Of a stretch of DNA of 64,000 bases, positions 48,386 to 60,007 are shown one piece after another. Within the stretch, counting starts at the first letter, position 1. Each line of letters starts with the position of its first letter. The position numbers and the translations under genes were made by a program. The notes under the pieces were generated by a model. The model did no database searches and was not told the DNA's origin. It saw only the letters and a program-made list of their open reading frames with translations. The stretch comes from Chloroflexota bacterium (GTDB lineage Bacteria > Chloroflexota > Anaerolineae > Anaerolineales > E44-bin32), in NCBI GenBank assembly GCA_022561385.1, contig JADFRG010000007.1:14498-78497 (forward strand), read 5' to 3'.

Positions 48386-49414
48386 TTGCCATCATTCAGA
48401 CCCCTATATGTCAGGGAACTAGGGTTCAAAGGCACTCCAAATTTGGCCCCGGCACCCTCGCATGGTAGAATCAGTTTTGTGGCTGAATCGAAGCCCATTG
48501 GCGTATTTTCTTCTCTGACCGCTGGCTTCGATCAGGTTGCTTCTCGCCCGTTTTTGTTTATCCCTCCCCTGGTTCTGGACTTATTCCTATGGCTCGGACC
48601 GCACCTGGGGATAGCGCGTTTTGTCGAATCATTGGCACAGCCGGCGCTCCAAACCGAGGGATTGGTGGCGGAACAAGCCTCGCTGATCGGGCAGGTGGTC
48701 GAAGATGTCGGAGAGAGTTTCAATTTACTTTCTGCGCTGAGTACGATTCCTATTGGCATCCCAAGCCTTATGGCGGGCAGGATGCCGCTCGAGTCCCCGC
48801 TGGGGCTGGTCAATCGGGTCGAAGTAGTCGAACCGGCTCGAGTGTTATTGATATGGATCGCTCTTTCCGGCATCGGGCTAGCCCTGGGTGCGTATTATCA
48901 GTACTGGATTGCCGCAGCCGTGGCGCCGGATGCGGAATTAGGGCCCGGATGGATGGCGGCGCTGCGGATGGTGGGGTTTGGCTTTCTTGTGTTTGTGGGG
49001 GGGTTGGTCGCCGGATTCATGGTGCTGATCGCAATCGCCTTGGCGACACTGGTCCTTCCTCTGCTGGGCACCGGCGTATTCTTCCTTGGATTCGCGCTGC
49101 TGTTCTGGCTCGCGGTCTACTTAGTTTTCACGCCGCACGGGATTATCCGATACAACCAGGGTGTGGTCCGCGCCATGTTTGAAAGTTTTATCCTGGTACG
49201 CTGGAACCTGTTGTCCACTGTCGGCTACCTGGGGGTGGCCTTCGGCTCCTACTGGCTTTTGAATTACGTCTGGGATTTGCCAAGCACTACTTCCTGGTTT
49301 TCAATACTGGCGCTCGTGGGACATGCCTTCGTAGCCACGACGTTATTGGCTGGCAGCTACGCATATTATCAGGGCAGGCGAGAATGGTTAGCGGCTGCTA
49401 GACGAGCCGCTTGA
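48386..49414 (+). CDS. Hypothetical polytopic membrane protein
   Basis: Long ORF with about 6 TM helices. No family was recognised and the start is uncertain. Confidence 0.45.
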   Translation: MPSFRPLYVRELGFKGTPNLAPAPSHGRISFVAESKPIGVFSSLTAGFDQVASRPFLFIPPLVLDLFLWLGPHLGIARFVESLAQPALQTEGLVAEQASLIGQVVEDVGESFNLLSALSTIPIGIPSLMAGRMPLESPLGLVNRVEVVEPARVLLIWIALSGIGLALGAYYQYWIAAAVAPDAELGPGWMAALRMVGFGFLVFVGGLVAGFMVLIAIALATLVLPLLGTGVFFLGFALLFWLAVYLVFTPHGIIRYNQGVVRAMFESFILVRWNLLSTVGYLGVAFGSYWLLNYVWDLPSTTSWFSILALVGHAFVATTLLAGSYAYYQGRREWLAAARRAA

Positions 49415-49445
49415 AGTTTGGTTGGCCCACAAGGAGAATAGATAG

Positions 49446-51596
<2,151 letters not shown>

Positions 51597-51690
51597 GCTC
51601 GCGAACGCAAATCGAATATTGGCCGGATAGATAAGGGAATCGATCCTCGATCGGGTCCTAAATGACGGGCAGGCTGAGTAAGGGCCGTTT

Positions 51691-52509
51691 ATGGATGAGA
51701 AGATGGATCACGACGCGCGGATCGAAGAAGGATGGCGAAGCTTCCTCGAGAAGGGGGAGTTCAAGAGCCAAATCAGACAACGGCGAATTTTTCGGCACCT
51801 TCCGAGCGAGCCGCGCTGCAAGTTCTGCAACGCGCCCTTTCATGGGCCGGGTGGGCTGCTCGTCAGAGTGCTGTTCGACAAGGGACCTTCGAGGTTCAAC
51901 CCTCGATTGTGTAACGCATGTGAACATTATGCGGCCGAAAATCTAGGGGGCGCGGAAATCGAACTCTCGATGCTTTTTGCCGATGTTCGAGGTTCCACGA
52001 CCCTGGCAGAACAAATGGGAACGACGGAGTTCAGCCGGCTCATCAGCCGCTTTTATGAGGTCGCCACGGACGTCATGGTCAACTCAGATGCACTCGTGGA
52101 CAAGCTGATTGGGGATGAAGTCACCGGCTTATATACGCCCGGCTTTGCTGGACCGGATCATGCACGTGTGGCGATTGAAGCTGCCAAGTTACTTCTCACC
52201 GTCACCGGCCACTTGGAGCCGGAGGGCCCCTGGGTGCCGGTCGGTGCTGGGGTGCATACAGGGGAAGCCTTTGTGGGGGCCGTGGGTTCAAAGCAGGGGC
52301 TCATCGATATTACAGCCTTAGGCGACGGGCCCAATACCGCGGCTCGCCTGGCCGGAGCGGCCGCAATAGGCGAAATCGTAATAAGCGACGACGCCGCAGA
52401 GGCGGCCGAACTGGATGCCGACGGACTCGAGCAGCGAAGCCTTGATCTCAAAGGCAAGTCTGAACCCGTTAGCGTGCGCGTGATCAAGATTCAGCCGGCA
52501 TCGCAGTAA
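51691..52509 (+). CDS. Class III adenylate/guanylate cyclase with an N-terminal Cys4 zinc-ribbon-like segment
   Basis: CKFC...CNAC N-terminal motif. The cyclase core reads LFADVRGSTTLAE...IGDEV...VHTGEAFVG...GDGPNTAARL. Confidence 0.8.
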   Translation: MDEKMDHDARIEEGWRSFLEKGEFKSQIRQRRIFRHLPSEPRCKFCNAPFHGPGGLLVRVLFDKGPSRFNPRLCNACEHYAAENLGGAEIELSMLFADVRGSTTLAEQMGTTEFSRLISRFYEVATDVMVNSDALVDKLIGDEVTGLYTPGFAGPDHARVAIEAAKLLLTVTGHLEPEGPWVPVGAGVHTGEAFVGAVGSKQGLIDITALGDGPNTAARLAGAAAIGEIVISDDAAEAAELDADGLEQRSLDLKGKSEPVSVRVIKIQPASQ

Positions 52510-52751
52510 CTCCAACTCTCATAGGTATTCGTCAAGGGTTATCAACCCGGAGTTCCAGCCCAATTGCCATCCCTGGTTCTCCACTCCACCCTCGTACCAT
52601 GTCTATTCTTGACACCTCCAGCCCCATCTAGTTTAAGATCGGTTTTGTAGAAGATCGCCGAGGATTTCGACCACTACGTTAAAATTGTGGCAGGAGTTTG
52701 CGCGCATAGTACGCGCCCTGCGGCGCCAAACCACTAATTGGGAGGTGCACG

Positions 52752-53120
52752 ATGAAACGACCGGTCCACTTTGAGATTCTGTCCGACGACCCCGAAAAGC
52801 TGGCGGGCTTTTACGGGACCGTGTTCGGATGGGAGATCGCGACCATGGGTGGGGGTGAACAGTCTTATTGGCTGGCGACCACTGGCCCCGACGGAGAGCC
52901 CGGGATCAACGGGGGTTTCATGAACCGCGAGTTTGACCAGGCGGTGATCAACACTGTAGAGGTAGATTCACTTGAAGCCGCCACTGCCGAGATCGAAGCC
53001 GCGGGGGGCAAGCTGGTGCACGGGCCGAACGAGGTTCCTGGGGTTGGGACCCACGCCTACTTCGCCGATCCCCAAGGAATTATCTTTGGCGTAATGCAGC
53101 CCGTGACTCAAGATGATTAG
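52752..53120 (+). CDS. VOC (glyoxalase/bleomycin-resistance/dioxygenase) family protein
   Basis: 122 aa with VHFEI...FYGTVFGWEI...GTHAYFADPQGIIFGV. RBS GGGAGG. Confidence 0.8.
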   Translation: MKRPVHFEILSDDPEKLAGFYGTVFGWEIATMGGGEQSYWLATTGPDGEPGINGGFMNREFDQAVINTVEVDSLEAATAEIEAAGGKLVHGPNEVPGVGTHAYFADPQGIIFGVMQPVTQDD

Positions 53121-53412
53121 GTCTGGCTAGAGAGTCGGCTCCACGCAGTCACCGTTCACAATCTCAGCCCCCGGTTTCGATGACAGGCCGGTCCCCGCTG
53201 TTGATGCGTGGATGGTTCTAGATCGGGACCCGGGATGGATGCTACTCCGAAAACTCCTGCAAGGCTCAACTTATATTCGGGGCTCGGCCGAAGCACTAGA
53301 TTTGGCCTCGCGGTTGCGGATGCAGTCTCGTCGCGATAAGTTCATCAGACAAGCCGGGTTCTTCTGGCGAACCGCCGTATTTTCATCCGATTTGTAGGAG
53401 AGCAATCACATC

Positions 53413-53742
53413 ATGATCGCAATTCGCTCGATCAGCCTTTTTGTCGTGGCGGCGCTAGCCGAAATTTCTGGCGCTTACTTGATCTGGCAGTGGATCCGTG
53501 CCGGCAAGCCAGCCTTTTGGGGCCTGGTAGGTCTCATCGCCCTGTCGGTATACGCCGTGACACAGACTTTCCAGGAATTCAACTTCGGGCGGACTTTTGC
53601 CGCGTACGGCGGGATCTTTATTGCAACGGCACTGCTGTGGGGGTGGCTGGTAGAACGTCGAACGCCAGACCGCTGGGACTTCCTCGGGGTGAGCATTTGT
53701 CTATTAGGTGCTGCCATCATCCTCTGGGGCCCTCGCCGGTGA
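53413..53742 (+). CDS. ynfA: YnfA/UPF0060 family small membrane protein
   Basis: 109 aa, 4 TM, with the AEISGAYLIWQWIR and AYGGIFI motifs of the family. Confidence 0.8.
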   Translation: MIAIRSISLFVVAALAEISGAYLIWQWIRAGKPAFWGLVGLIALSVYAVTQTFQEFNFGRTFAAYGGIFIATALLWGWLVERRTPDRWDFLGVSICLLGAAIILWGPRR

Positions 53743-53867
53743 TATCGATGGTGGAATCCAGAGACAATCCCCAGCTGGCGAAACGAGTTACTGGATGGGC
53801 TCCAATATTTATCTTTGTGCGACTGGCTTGAGCGAACTCCACAGTTGGGGTAGTCATGTGTCGGCTA

Positions 53868-54305
53868 CTAAGCTCTGATAGCCGGGAGTAGTTCGTCTTC
53901 GATTCTTTGTTTTAGTTCGTCCCGAGCCGCGCGGAAGGCGCCTAATTTTTCGGCCTCGGACCCCACGACAGTTGAAGGATCCCTGATCGACCAGTGCCAA
54001 CGATGTTGGGCATATGGAAAGACGGGGCAGGACTCGTTGGCCTGATCGCAAACAGTAACTACATAATCAACGCGATCGTTTACAAATCCGTCCAAACTCT
54101 TCGAGACTTGATGATGGATGTCCACCCCAACCTCATCCATTGCGGCAATTGCTTCCGCGCGAACCTCACTCGCAACCGTCCCTGCGGACTGCACATAAAC
54201 GCCATCTCCGGCCAGATCTTTGAGTAGACCCTCGGCCATCTGAGACCTGGCGCTATTGTGTGTGCAAACGAAAAGCACCGTAGTTTTCGCGGACGATCTG
54301 CCCAA
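53868..54305 (-). CDS. arsC: Arsenate reductase, LMW-PTPase (thioredoxin-coupled) type
   Basis: VLFVCTHNSARSQMAEG (CX5R P-loop) plus downstream Cys residues (VTVCDQANESCP). Confidence 0.85.
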   Translation of the reverse strand: MGRSSAKTTVLFVCTHNSARSQMAEGLLKDLAGDGVYVQSAGTVASEVRAEAIAAMDEVGVDIHHQVSKSLDGFVNDRVDYVVTVCDQANESCPVFPYAQHRWHWSIRDPSTVVGSEAEKLGAFRAARDELKQRIEDELLPAIRA

Positions 54306-54551
54306 CTGGACCTCCCCTCTAGTTTAACCACGAACGGATTTTCCCATTCAAGAAAAACGGCAGCTAACCTTGATAATTTGGGGGTAAATATCGCGATTGG
54401 CGAGGAGATGTCGGCCCGGCTTCACAGAGGAAGCAGGCGCTCGGTGCCGGCTCAGGAGAAGTGAGGCGGAAAACCTACAAACTCGGCAACGCCCGTTCTC
54501 TTGCGCCCCCAGTCGTGACAGTAAATCTCCACTCAAACGCACGTGTGCTCG

Positions 54552-55649
54552 TCAATTCATACGGGTCGCGGCAATGTGTTGGGCTACGTACTGAGCATCG
54601 CGACCCACGCCGTAGAGGTCTTGAGAGGTAGCGGTGTATTGGTGCCTCATGCCAACGAAATACAGCCCAGGAGCAGCGGGCACCTGTCCGCGCTCGTGAA
54701 TCGGTTGCCCGGCCATATCGAATGTATCGTGTCTATTTAGTGGCTGGATGAAGTCGTATCGTGCTTGGAATCCGGTGCACCAAATTACGCTCAGAGACTC
54801 GAGCGGCACTGTTTCGCCGTCAGAGCAGAAAATACCGGCCGGGTTGAGCCCGCTCACCTTCCCGACAAGATTAACTCCATAGGTCTCTGCCAATTGACTG
54901 GGAGAGGGCGGCATCGTCCGGCCGCCTATGTCCGCCCGAAGTAGCTTTTTCCCCAGCCACGAATTCGGTTTGAGGTCCATGAGCCGAAACCACCTCATAA
55001 TTGTGTAAATTGGGATGCCTAGGACTTCAAAAGGAACGGTCAAGTTCCCGCTGACCGAGAGCGTGAGTTTGTCGAATCTCCCAGACCTGGCCAGGTCCTC
55101 ACATATCTGGACCCCACTGTTTCCACTGCCCACGATCAATACGTGCCCTTCCTCGATTTGGTCAGGATTTCGGTACTCGCGCGAATGAAGCTGGGGGATT
55201 GTTGATGGCAGCTCAGCGGCAACGAGAGGGAACTTGGGATTTCGAAAGGCGCCGGTGCAGATCACGACGTAGTCAGTTTCGTAGGTGAAATCTGGTGTCG
55301 CCACGCACCAGGTGTCGTGCTGAGTCTGTCTGACTGAAGTGGCCTCGGTGTGCTCACGTATCAAGGGATTGACCGCGGCAAGGTATGATTCGAAATATCG
55401 TAGGGCATCCGCTTTCATTCCCAACGCATCCCTGCTCGCTCCGGCCGCAAACTCCTCGGGGGAGCCGGGGAGCGAGTTCATCCAGTTGGCCGTGTTCATG
55501 TGGAACGAATCCCACCGACCGTACCATTCCGAGAATGCGCGGTCTTTCTCCAGGACCACGCTTTTAATTTGGCTTTGCTGTAGGAAGTAACTCGTAGCGA
55601 TGCCTGCCTGGCCACCTCCGACGATCACAGCCTCGACCGACCCTTCCAC
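54552..55649 (-). CDS. FAD/NAD(P)-dependent flavin monooxygenase-like oxidoreductase (ArsO-like by context)
   Basis: N-terminal VIVGGGQAGIA dinucleotide motif and a second GSGNSGVQI motif. It sits upstream of arsC on the same strand. Confidence 0.7.
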   Translation of the reverse strand: MEGSVEAVIVGGGQAGIATSYFLQQSQIKSVVLEKDRAFSEWYGRWDSFHMNTANWMNSLPGSPEEFAAGASRDALGMKADALRYFESYLAAVNPLIREHTEATSVRQTQHDTWCVATPDFTYETDYVVICTGAFRNPKFPLVAAELPSTIPQLHSREYRNPDQIEEGHVLIVGSGNSGVQICEDLARSGRFDKLTLSVSGNLTVPFEVLGIPIYTIMRWFRLMDLKPNSWLGKKLLRADIGGRTMPPSPSQLAETYGVNLVGKVSGLNPAGIFCSDGETVPLESLSVIWCTGFQARYDFIQPLNRHDTFDMAGQPIHERGQVPAAPGLYFVGMRHQYTATSQDLYGVGRDAQYVAQHIAATRMN

Positions 55650-56072
55650 AACCCTCGAACCCGCCGTCCTACGATTTTCCTAACCGCTGAATAAAGAGGA
55701 TAAACGCTCCGTATCGACTCGCCGCCACATATTATGCGGCAAAGTCTGCCCATTTAAGGTTACGAGCATTCCTTTCCACTCCACTGAGCTCTATCGACAA
55801 TCTACCAGGAACTTTAATTCGCAGGACTCGTGCGAGTGCCTGGGTCCGCGAATTTAGCTCATCACTAAAAATAGAAATCCAGGTGGTTCATATAGGTAGA
55901 CGAGATCAAATTTGCGATCATATCTTTCCGCGCTCGGATTCTGATCCATCCATCTCGGGGGTTGAGATTTGGTACCCGAACTTCCTCCCTCTCGGACCTG
56001 TATGGGACGCCGACTCCACCAGTGATTTCACGCAGCTGGGAACAGCTAACCGGGATGTACAGCCAGATTCCC

Positions 56073-56101
56073 TTGACAGACAGATGGGCCTACCCTATTA
56101 T
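56073..56101 (+). promoter_or_regulatory. Near-consensus sigma-70-type promoter for the mer cluster (TTGACA-17 nt-TATTAT)
   Basis: TTGACA at 56073-56078, a 17-nt spacer, and TATTAT at 56096-56101, about 70 nt upstream of merA ATG 56174. Confidence 0.55.
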
Positions 56102-56117
56102 ACCCATAGGGGGTATA
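56099..56117. promoter_or_regulatory. Inverted repeat TATACCC-N5-GGGTATA, a candidate CsoR-family operator overlapping the -10 element
   Basis: Perfect 7-bp arms. G/C-tract-centred TACCC...GGGTA repeats resemble CsoR operators as I recall them from Bacillus copZA. A CsoR-family gene lies in the same cluster. Confidence 0.5.
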
Positions 56118-56173
56118 GGGATGTAAGAAGATCGGAAGTCCCTGCATCCAAAAACATGGAAGTTGAGGAGAAT

Positions 56174-57838
56174 ATGGCAGGACAAGAGAAAATAAGTTTC
56201 GACATCCGAGGGATGACCTGTCCCTCGTGCGAGGTGCACGTTGCGAACGCAATAAAAAGCGTCGAGGGCGTGTTATCGGTCGAGATTCCCGGATGGGAAT
56301 CCTCAGAGGCGGAGGTGGTCGCCGAGCAAGGGATCGATGCCAAATCGTTTGCAGAGGCGGTTCTACAGGCAGGCTATGGAGCCAGCGTTAGGGCGCGGCA
56401 ACCAGTAGATGGAAAGACAAGCTCTAATGGAAAAGGCGATGGCCGGTTCGACCTGATGGTGATCGGAGGGGGCTCAGCCGGCTTCGCGGCCGCCATCAAA
56501 GGCGCCGAACTGGGTTTCAAAGTGGGCCTGGTGGAGGCGGGTGAGATCGGAGGCACCTGTGTGAACGTGGGGTGCATCCCGTCCAAGACCCTCATCCGGT
56601 CGGTGGAGCTGTATCACCAGGCCGGGCAAGAGAGATTCAAGGGGATCAGCACCTCCCAGGGACCGATCGACTGGCCCCAGGTTATAGATCACAAGGATGA
56701 GCTCGTACGCGATCTTCGGAAGGCGAAGTACTCGGACGTGCTGAAGGCTTATCCCGAGATCACCTATATCCAGGGTACAGCAACGCTGCGTGGGGGCAAT
56801 GAGCTGGAGATCGACGGCGAGGCGTATGCACCGGGAAAAATAATTATTGCCGCCGGCGCAAGCCCGTGGGCGCCTCCGATCCCCGGGCTCGCCGAATCTG
56901 GATACCTGGATAGCACGGCCGCCTTAGATCTCAGAGAGATCCCCGAATCGCTGATCGTGCTCGGTGCGAACGCGGTGGGCCTGGAGATCGCGCAGATCTA
57001 CGCTAGGGCAGGAACCAACGTCACGGTTTTAGAAGTGCTGCCTCGAATTGCGCCGTTTGAAGACGAGGAAATCAGTGCCGCCCTGACTGGATACTTGGAG
57101 AACGAAGGCTTACAAATTGTGACCGGATTTCAGACCGCCTCCGTGGAGAAAGCGGAAGGACGCTACACGTTGCGTGGGACCCAGGATGAGGCCGACTTGA
57201 CTTTCGAAGCTGAGCAGCTGCTGGTGGCCACGGGGCGACGCCCAAATACGACCGGTCTCGGTTTGGAAGAGGCGGGAGTCAAGCTCGGTAAGCGTGGGGA
57301 AATCGTTGTCGATGAGCACCTCGCGACCGACAATCCGGAGGTTTACGCGGTTGGCGATATCCTCGGGCGGGATATGTTTGTTTATGTTGCAGCTTACGAC
57401 GGAATCCTGGCGGCCGAGAATGCGCTAAGCCAGGCCGGCCGAGTCTACGACGCCGATTACATCGCCCGCATAACGTTCACGGACCCGCAGATCGCCTCCG
57501 CAGGGCTGACCGAGGCACAGGCCCGAGAGCGGGGCTATGAAGTTAAGGTCAGCACGCTCGAGATGAAACACGTCCCGCGTGCCCTGGCGGCGCGCGACAC
57601 CCGTGGACTTATCAAGCTGGTGGCGGACGCCTCCACAGATCGCCTGCTCGGGGCGCACATTCTCGCGCCGGAAGCAGGAGAGATGATTCAGACCGCAGTA
57701 ATGGCCATCAAGTTCGGCATAACGGTGAGTGAGATGAGGAGCATGATGTTTCCTTATCTCACCAACGCGGAAGGCCTGAAACTAGCGGTGTTGGCCTTCG
57801 ATAAAGACGTCGCCATGCTGAGCTGCTGCGCGGGGTGA
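56174..57838 (+). CDS. merA: Mercuric reductase MerA with an N-terminal HMA (NmerA) domain
   Basis: RBS GAGGAG 4 nt upstream of ATG 56174. GMTCPSC HMA motif, GGTCVNVGCIPSK redox disulfide, YVAAYDG, FPYLT (Tyr instead of His), and the C-terminal LSCCAG pair. Confidence 0.9.
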   Translation: MAGQEKISFDIRGMTCPSCEVHVANAIKSVEGVLSVEIPGWESSEAEVVAEQGIDAKSFAEAVLQAGYGASVRARQPVDGKTSSNGKGDGRFDLMVIGGGSAGFAAAIKGAELGFKVGLVEAGEIGGTCVNVGCIPSKTLIRSVELYHQAGQERFKGISTSQGPIDWPQVIDHKDELVRDLRKAKYSDVLKAYPEITYIQGTATLRGGNELEIDGEAYAPGKIIIAAGASPWAPPIPGLAESGYLDSTAALDLREIPESLIVLGANAVGLEIAQIYARAGTNVTVLEVLPRIAPFEDEEISAALTGYLENEGLQIVTGFQTASVEKAEGRYTLRGTQDEADLTFEAEQLLVATGRRPNTTGLGLEEAGVKLGKRGEIVVDEHLATDNPEVYAVGDILGRDMFVYVAAYDGILAAENALSQAGRVYDADYIARITFTDPQIASAGLTEAQARERGYEVKVSTLEMKHVPRALAARDTRGLIKLVADASTDRLLGAHILAPEAGEMIQTAVMAIKFGITVSEMRSMMFPYLTNAEGLKLAVLAFDKDVAMLSCCAG

Positions 57839-57943
57839 GACGGAAAAACCCAGGGTTCGTCGGCTGAAGCAGGAGTTGCTCGATTGGTGATAGTCCCCTT
57901 ATTGCCCCCATCCGCCGAAGTCTTTCGGATAGGAGAGAACAAA

Positions 57944-58210
57944 TTGTCGTCAACTAAATCGAACGCGGTACCGATTACATTCAAAGTAATGGGAATGAGC
58001 TGCATTGACTGCACGCCGTTGATTACAGACTATCTGAGCGCCCAGCCGGGGGTACTGGAAGCAGCGGCCGACTATGAAGGCGGGAAGGTTATGGTGACCT
58101 ATCAACCGGAGCGTACTTCGCCCGAGGACCTGGCGCGGGCCATAATCGCCTCAGGCACATCCACCGACTGGAAGCACGAATTTAACCCGATCCTGGAGCC
58201 CGCATCCTGA
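57944..58210 (+). CDS. Heavy-metal-associated (HMA) domain metallochaperone-like protein
   Basis: GMSCIDC motif in a ferredoxin-like roughly 70-aa domain. TTG 57944 is preceded by GGAGAG. The track start at 57884 is also possible. Confidence 0.7.
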   Translation: MSSTKSNAVPITFKVMGMSCIDCTPLITDYLSAQPGVLEAAADYEGGKVMVTYQPERTSPEDLARAIIASGTSTDWKHEFNPILEPAS

Positions 58211-58235
58211 TCCGCGGTTCCTCCACGAAGAGAAT

Positions 58236-59156
58236 TTGCCTGGCGGCCGTCCGGATCCTCAGCGTATTCGCCGCGTGACGTCTACTGCCGGTGATACTTC
58301 TACGCGAAAAGGAACTACGCATCGACCGATCCAAAATGGAGGGACAAGGACCTCGATAAGACCAATCCTGTCCGCCTTGGTACTCGTATTGGTGGCAACG
58401 GCGTGCAGCTCGCGCTTCCTGCCCGTCGGCGACGTCCCTGAACCAGCAGCTCAGCTCAGGGCGCAGCCTGAAGTGGAAGACCAGGCGTTGGAGGTTTCCC
58501 CGGCTGAAAGTGGTTTCTCCGGAAGCCCCAGCTCGACTCCGGACGAGATTGTTCTCAGTCCGACTCCGGTTCCGGTCGCGCCCCAGCCTGTTCCGGATTT
58601 TGTCGGACAGGAAGTGGAGGAACCCGCGGATCCCGCAGTCCTGGCCGAGATCGGGGTGTTTGCCGAGATGCGCGACAACCTGGCCAGCGGGGACCTGGCG
58701 CCGGACTTCGAAGTGCGTGCGATCGGAAACTGGACCTTCAGCCTCTCTGCCCAGCGCGGCTCCTATGTGCTCGTGGTACCGACCGCCATTGGATGCGGAG
58801 AGTGCGTCTTCACCATGAATCAGTTGGCCGCGGCCTACCCGGATTACCGTGACAAGAATTTGCAGCTGGTGCTTATAAACATGTATCCGGAGGATGAGCC
58901 TAAGTCCTGGGACGCCTATGTGGAGGCCTACCCTGATTTAGGTGCCGTATGGGGAGTGGTCTCATCGGTCAATTTTGTTGTGGACTATGACATCCGGTCG
59001 CTGGGGACGATCCTGCTGGTCGATCCGGAAGGTAAGCTGGTCTTCCGAAGCGACTTCCCACTGATCGAAGAGGAACTCCGTCAGCTCTTCGACCTGGCCA
59101 CGAGTGGAAAGTCTGAGGTCTCGGAGATCTCAAGTCCGATGCCGGTGATTATCTAA
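58236..59156 (+). CDS. TlpA/ResA-like thioredoxin-fold lipoprotein (Cys form, C-G-E-C)
   Basis: TM/lipobox LVLVATAC, a long acidic/Pro-rich linker, then SYVLVVPTAIGCGECVF and a cis-Pro-region-like GTILLVDPEGK. The start codon is uncertain. Confidence 0.7.
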   Translation: MPGGRPDPQRIRRVTSTAGDTSTRKGTTHRPIQNGGTRTSIRPILSALVLVLVATACSSRFLPVGDVPEPAAQLRAQPEVEDQALEVSPAESGFSGSPSSTPDEIVLSPTPVPVAPQPVPDFVGQEVEEPADPAVLAEIGVFAEMRDNLASGDLAPDFEVRAIGNWTFSLSAQRGSYVLVVPTAIGCGECVFTMNQLAAAYPDYRDKNLQLVLINMYPEDEPKSWDAYVEAYPDLGAVWGVVSSVNFVVDYDIRSLGTILLVDPEGKLVFRSDFPLIEEELRQLFDLATSGKSEVSEISSPMPVII

Positions 59157-59157
59157 T

Positions 59158-59988
59158 ATGACCTCTGAAGACACTCAAGCCGTCGAGCCGAGACCTACCC
59201 CTTCTGGCTGGCTATACCCCGTCGTGGGGCTGCTGGCGTTTGCGGCGATCGGCGTGGGCTCATGGATCTTCCGCTCAGGAAATCTGGCGGCGCTTCCTCT
59301 GGCCTGGGCCTTCTCGGCCGGCATGCTGGCTACGGTCAACCCCTGTGGGTGGGCCATGCTGCCTTCCTATGGAGCCTACTATCTCGGCTCGCGCGAGGCA
59401 GGTTACGAGCAGCGGCCGTTAATTCTCCGCGGCGCGGAAGGATTCCGTCTAGGGCTGCTGATGACGGCTGGCTTTCTGGCTGTATTCAGCGTGGTGGGGG
59501 CGATCATCTCGCTCGGCCTACGCGTGCTGATCCAGGCCATGCCCTTTCTTGCCATCCTGGTCGGCGCTGGATTGGTAGGTCTCGGACTGTGGCTGCTTTT
59601 CGGAGGCTCGCTGCGACTTTCCATCCCAACTCCAAAAATCCAGGCGCAGGCGCGCAATCCGAAATCAGTATTCTTGTATGGAATGGCCTACGGATTCGCC
59701 TCACTTAGCTGCACCCTGCCAATCTTTATGGTCGTGATTGGCAGCAGTCTGGCAACCGGCACGCCGGGCGAGGCGGCGGTTATGTTTGGCAGTTTCGGAG
59801 CTGGAATGGCGCTGGTCCTGATGGCGGTGGTCATCAGCATCGCGCTCGTGAAAGGAGCCATCGTCGAACAAGTACAGGCCGTGCTCCCGTACGTGCACCG
59901 GTTTGGCGCAGCACTGCTTGTGTTTGCGGGCGCCTACCTGATCTGGTATCAAGCCCGTTACTTGCCATTTTTCCTTTCCACGTTCTGA
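59158..59988 (+). CDS. ccdA: CcdA/DsbD-family transmembrane thiol-disulfide electron transporter
   Basis: Polytopic, with two membrane-embedded Cys motifs: VNPCGWAMLP and SLSCTLPIF. Confidence 0.8.
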   Translation: MTSEDTQAVEPRPTPSGWLYPVVGLLAFAAIGVGSWIFRSGNLAALPLAWAFSAGMLATVNPCGWAMLPSYGAYYLGSREAGYEQRPLILRGAEGFRLGLLMTAGFLAVFSVVGAIISLGLRVLIQAMPFLAILVGAGLVGLGLWLLFGGSLRLSIPTPKIQAQARNPKSVFLYGMAYGFASLSCTLPIFMVVIGSSLATGTPGEAAVMFGSFGAGMALVLMAVVISIALVKGAIVEQVQAVLPYVHRFGAALLVFAGAYLIWYQARYLPFFLSTF

Positions 59989-60007
59989 TAAGGCCCTATC
60001 TACGTCG

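Noticed and set aside
54306-54551. A possible small ArsR-like gene or CsoR operator between the flavin monooxygenase gene and arsC (the GGGGGTA half-site near 54380).
   Set aside because: The only ORFs there (54348-54542 on the minus strand and 54258-54464 on the plus strand) translate to Arg/Ser-rich sequences with no wHTH pattern. Only one half of the TACCC/GGGTA repeat is present.
55883-56173. The ORF-track start of merA at GTG 55883, which would add a 97-aa N-terminal extension.
   Set aside because: The extension has no protein-like features and contains the TTGACA-17-TATTAT promoter and the inverted repeat. ATG 56174 has an ideal GAGGAG RBS and places the HMA domain at the N terminus, as in known MerA proteins.
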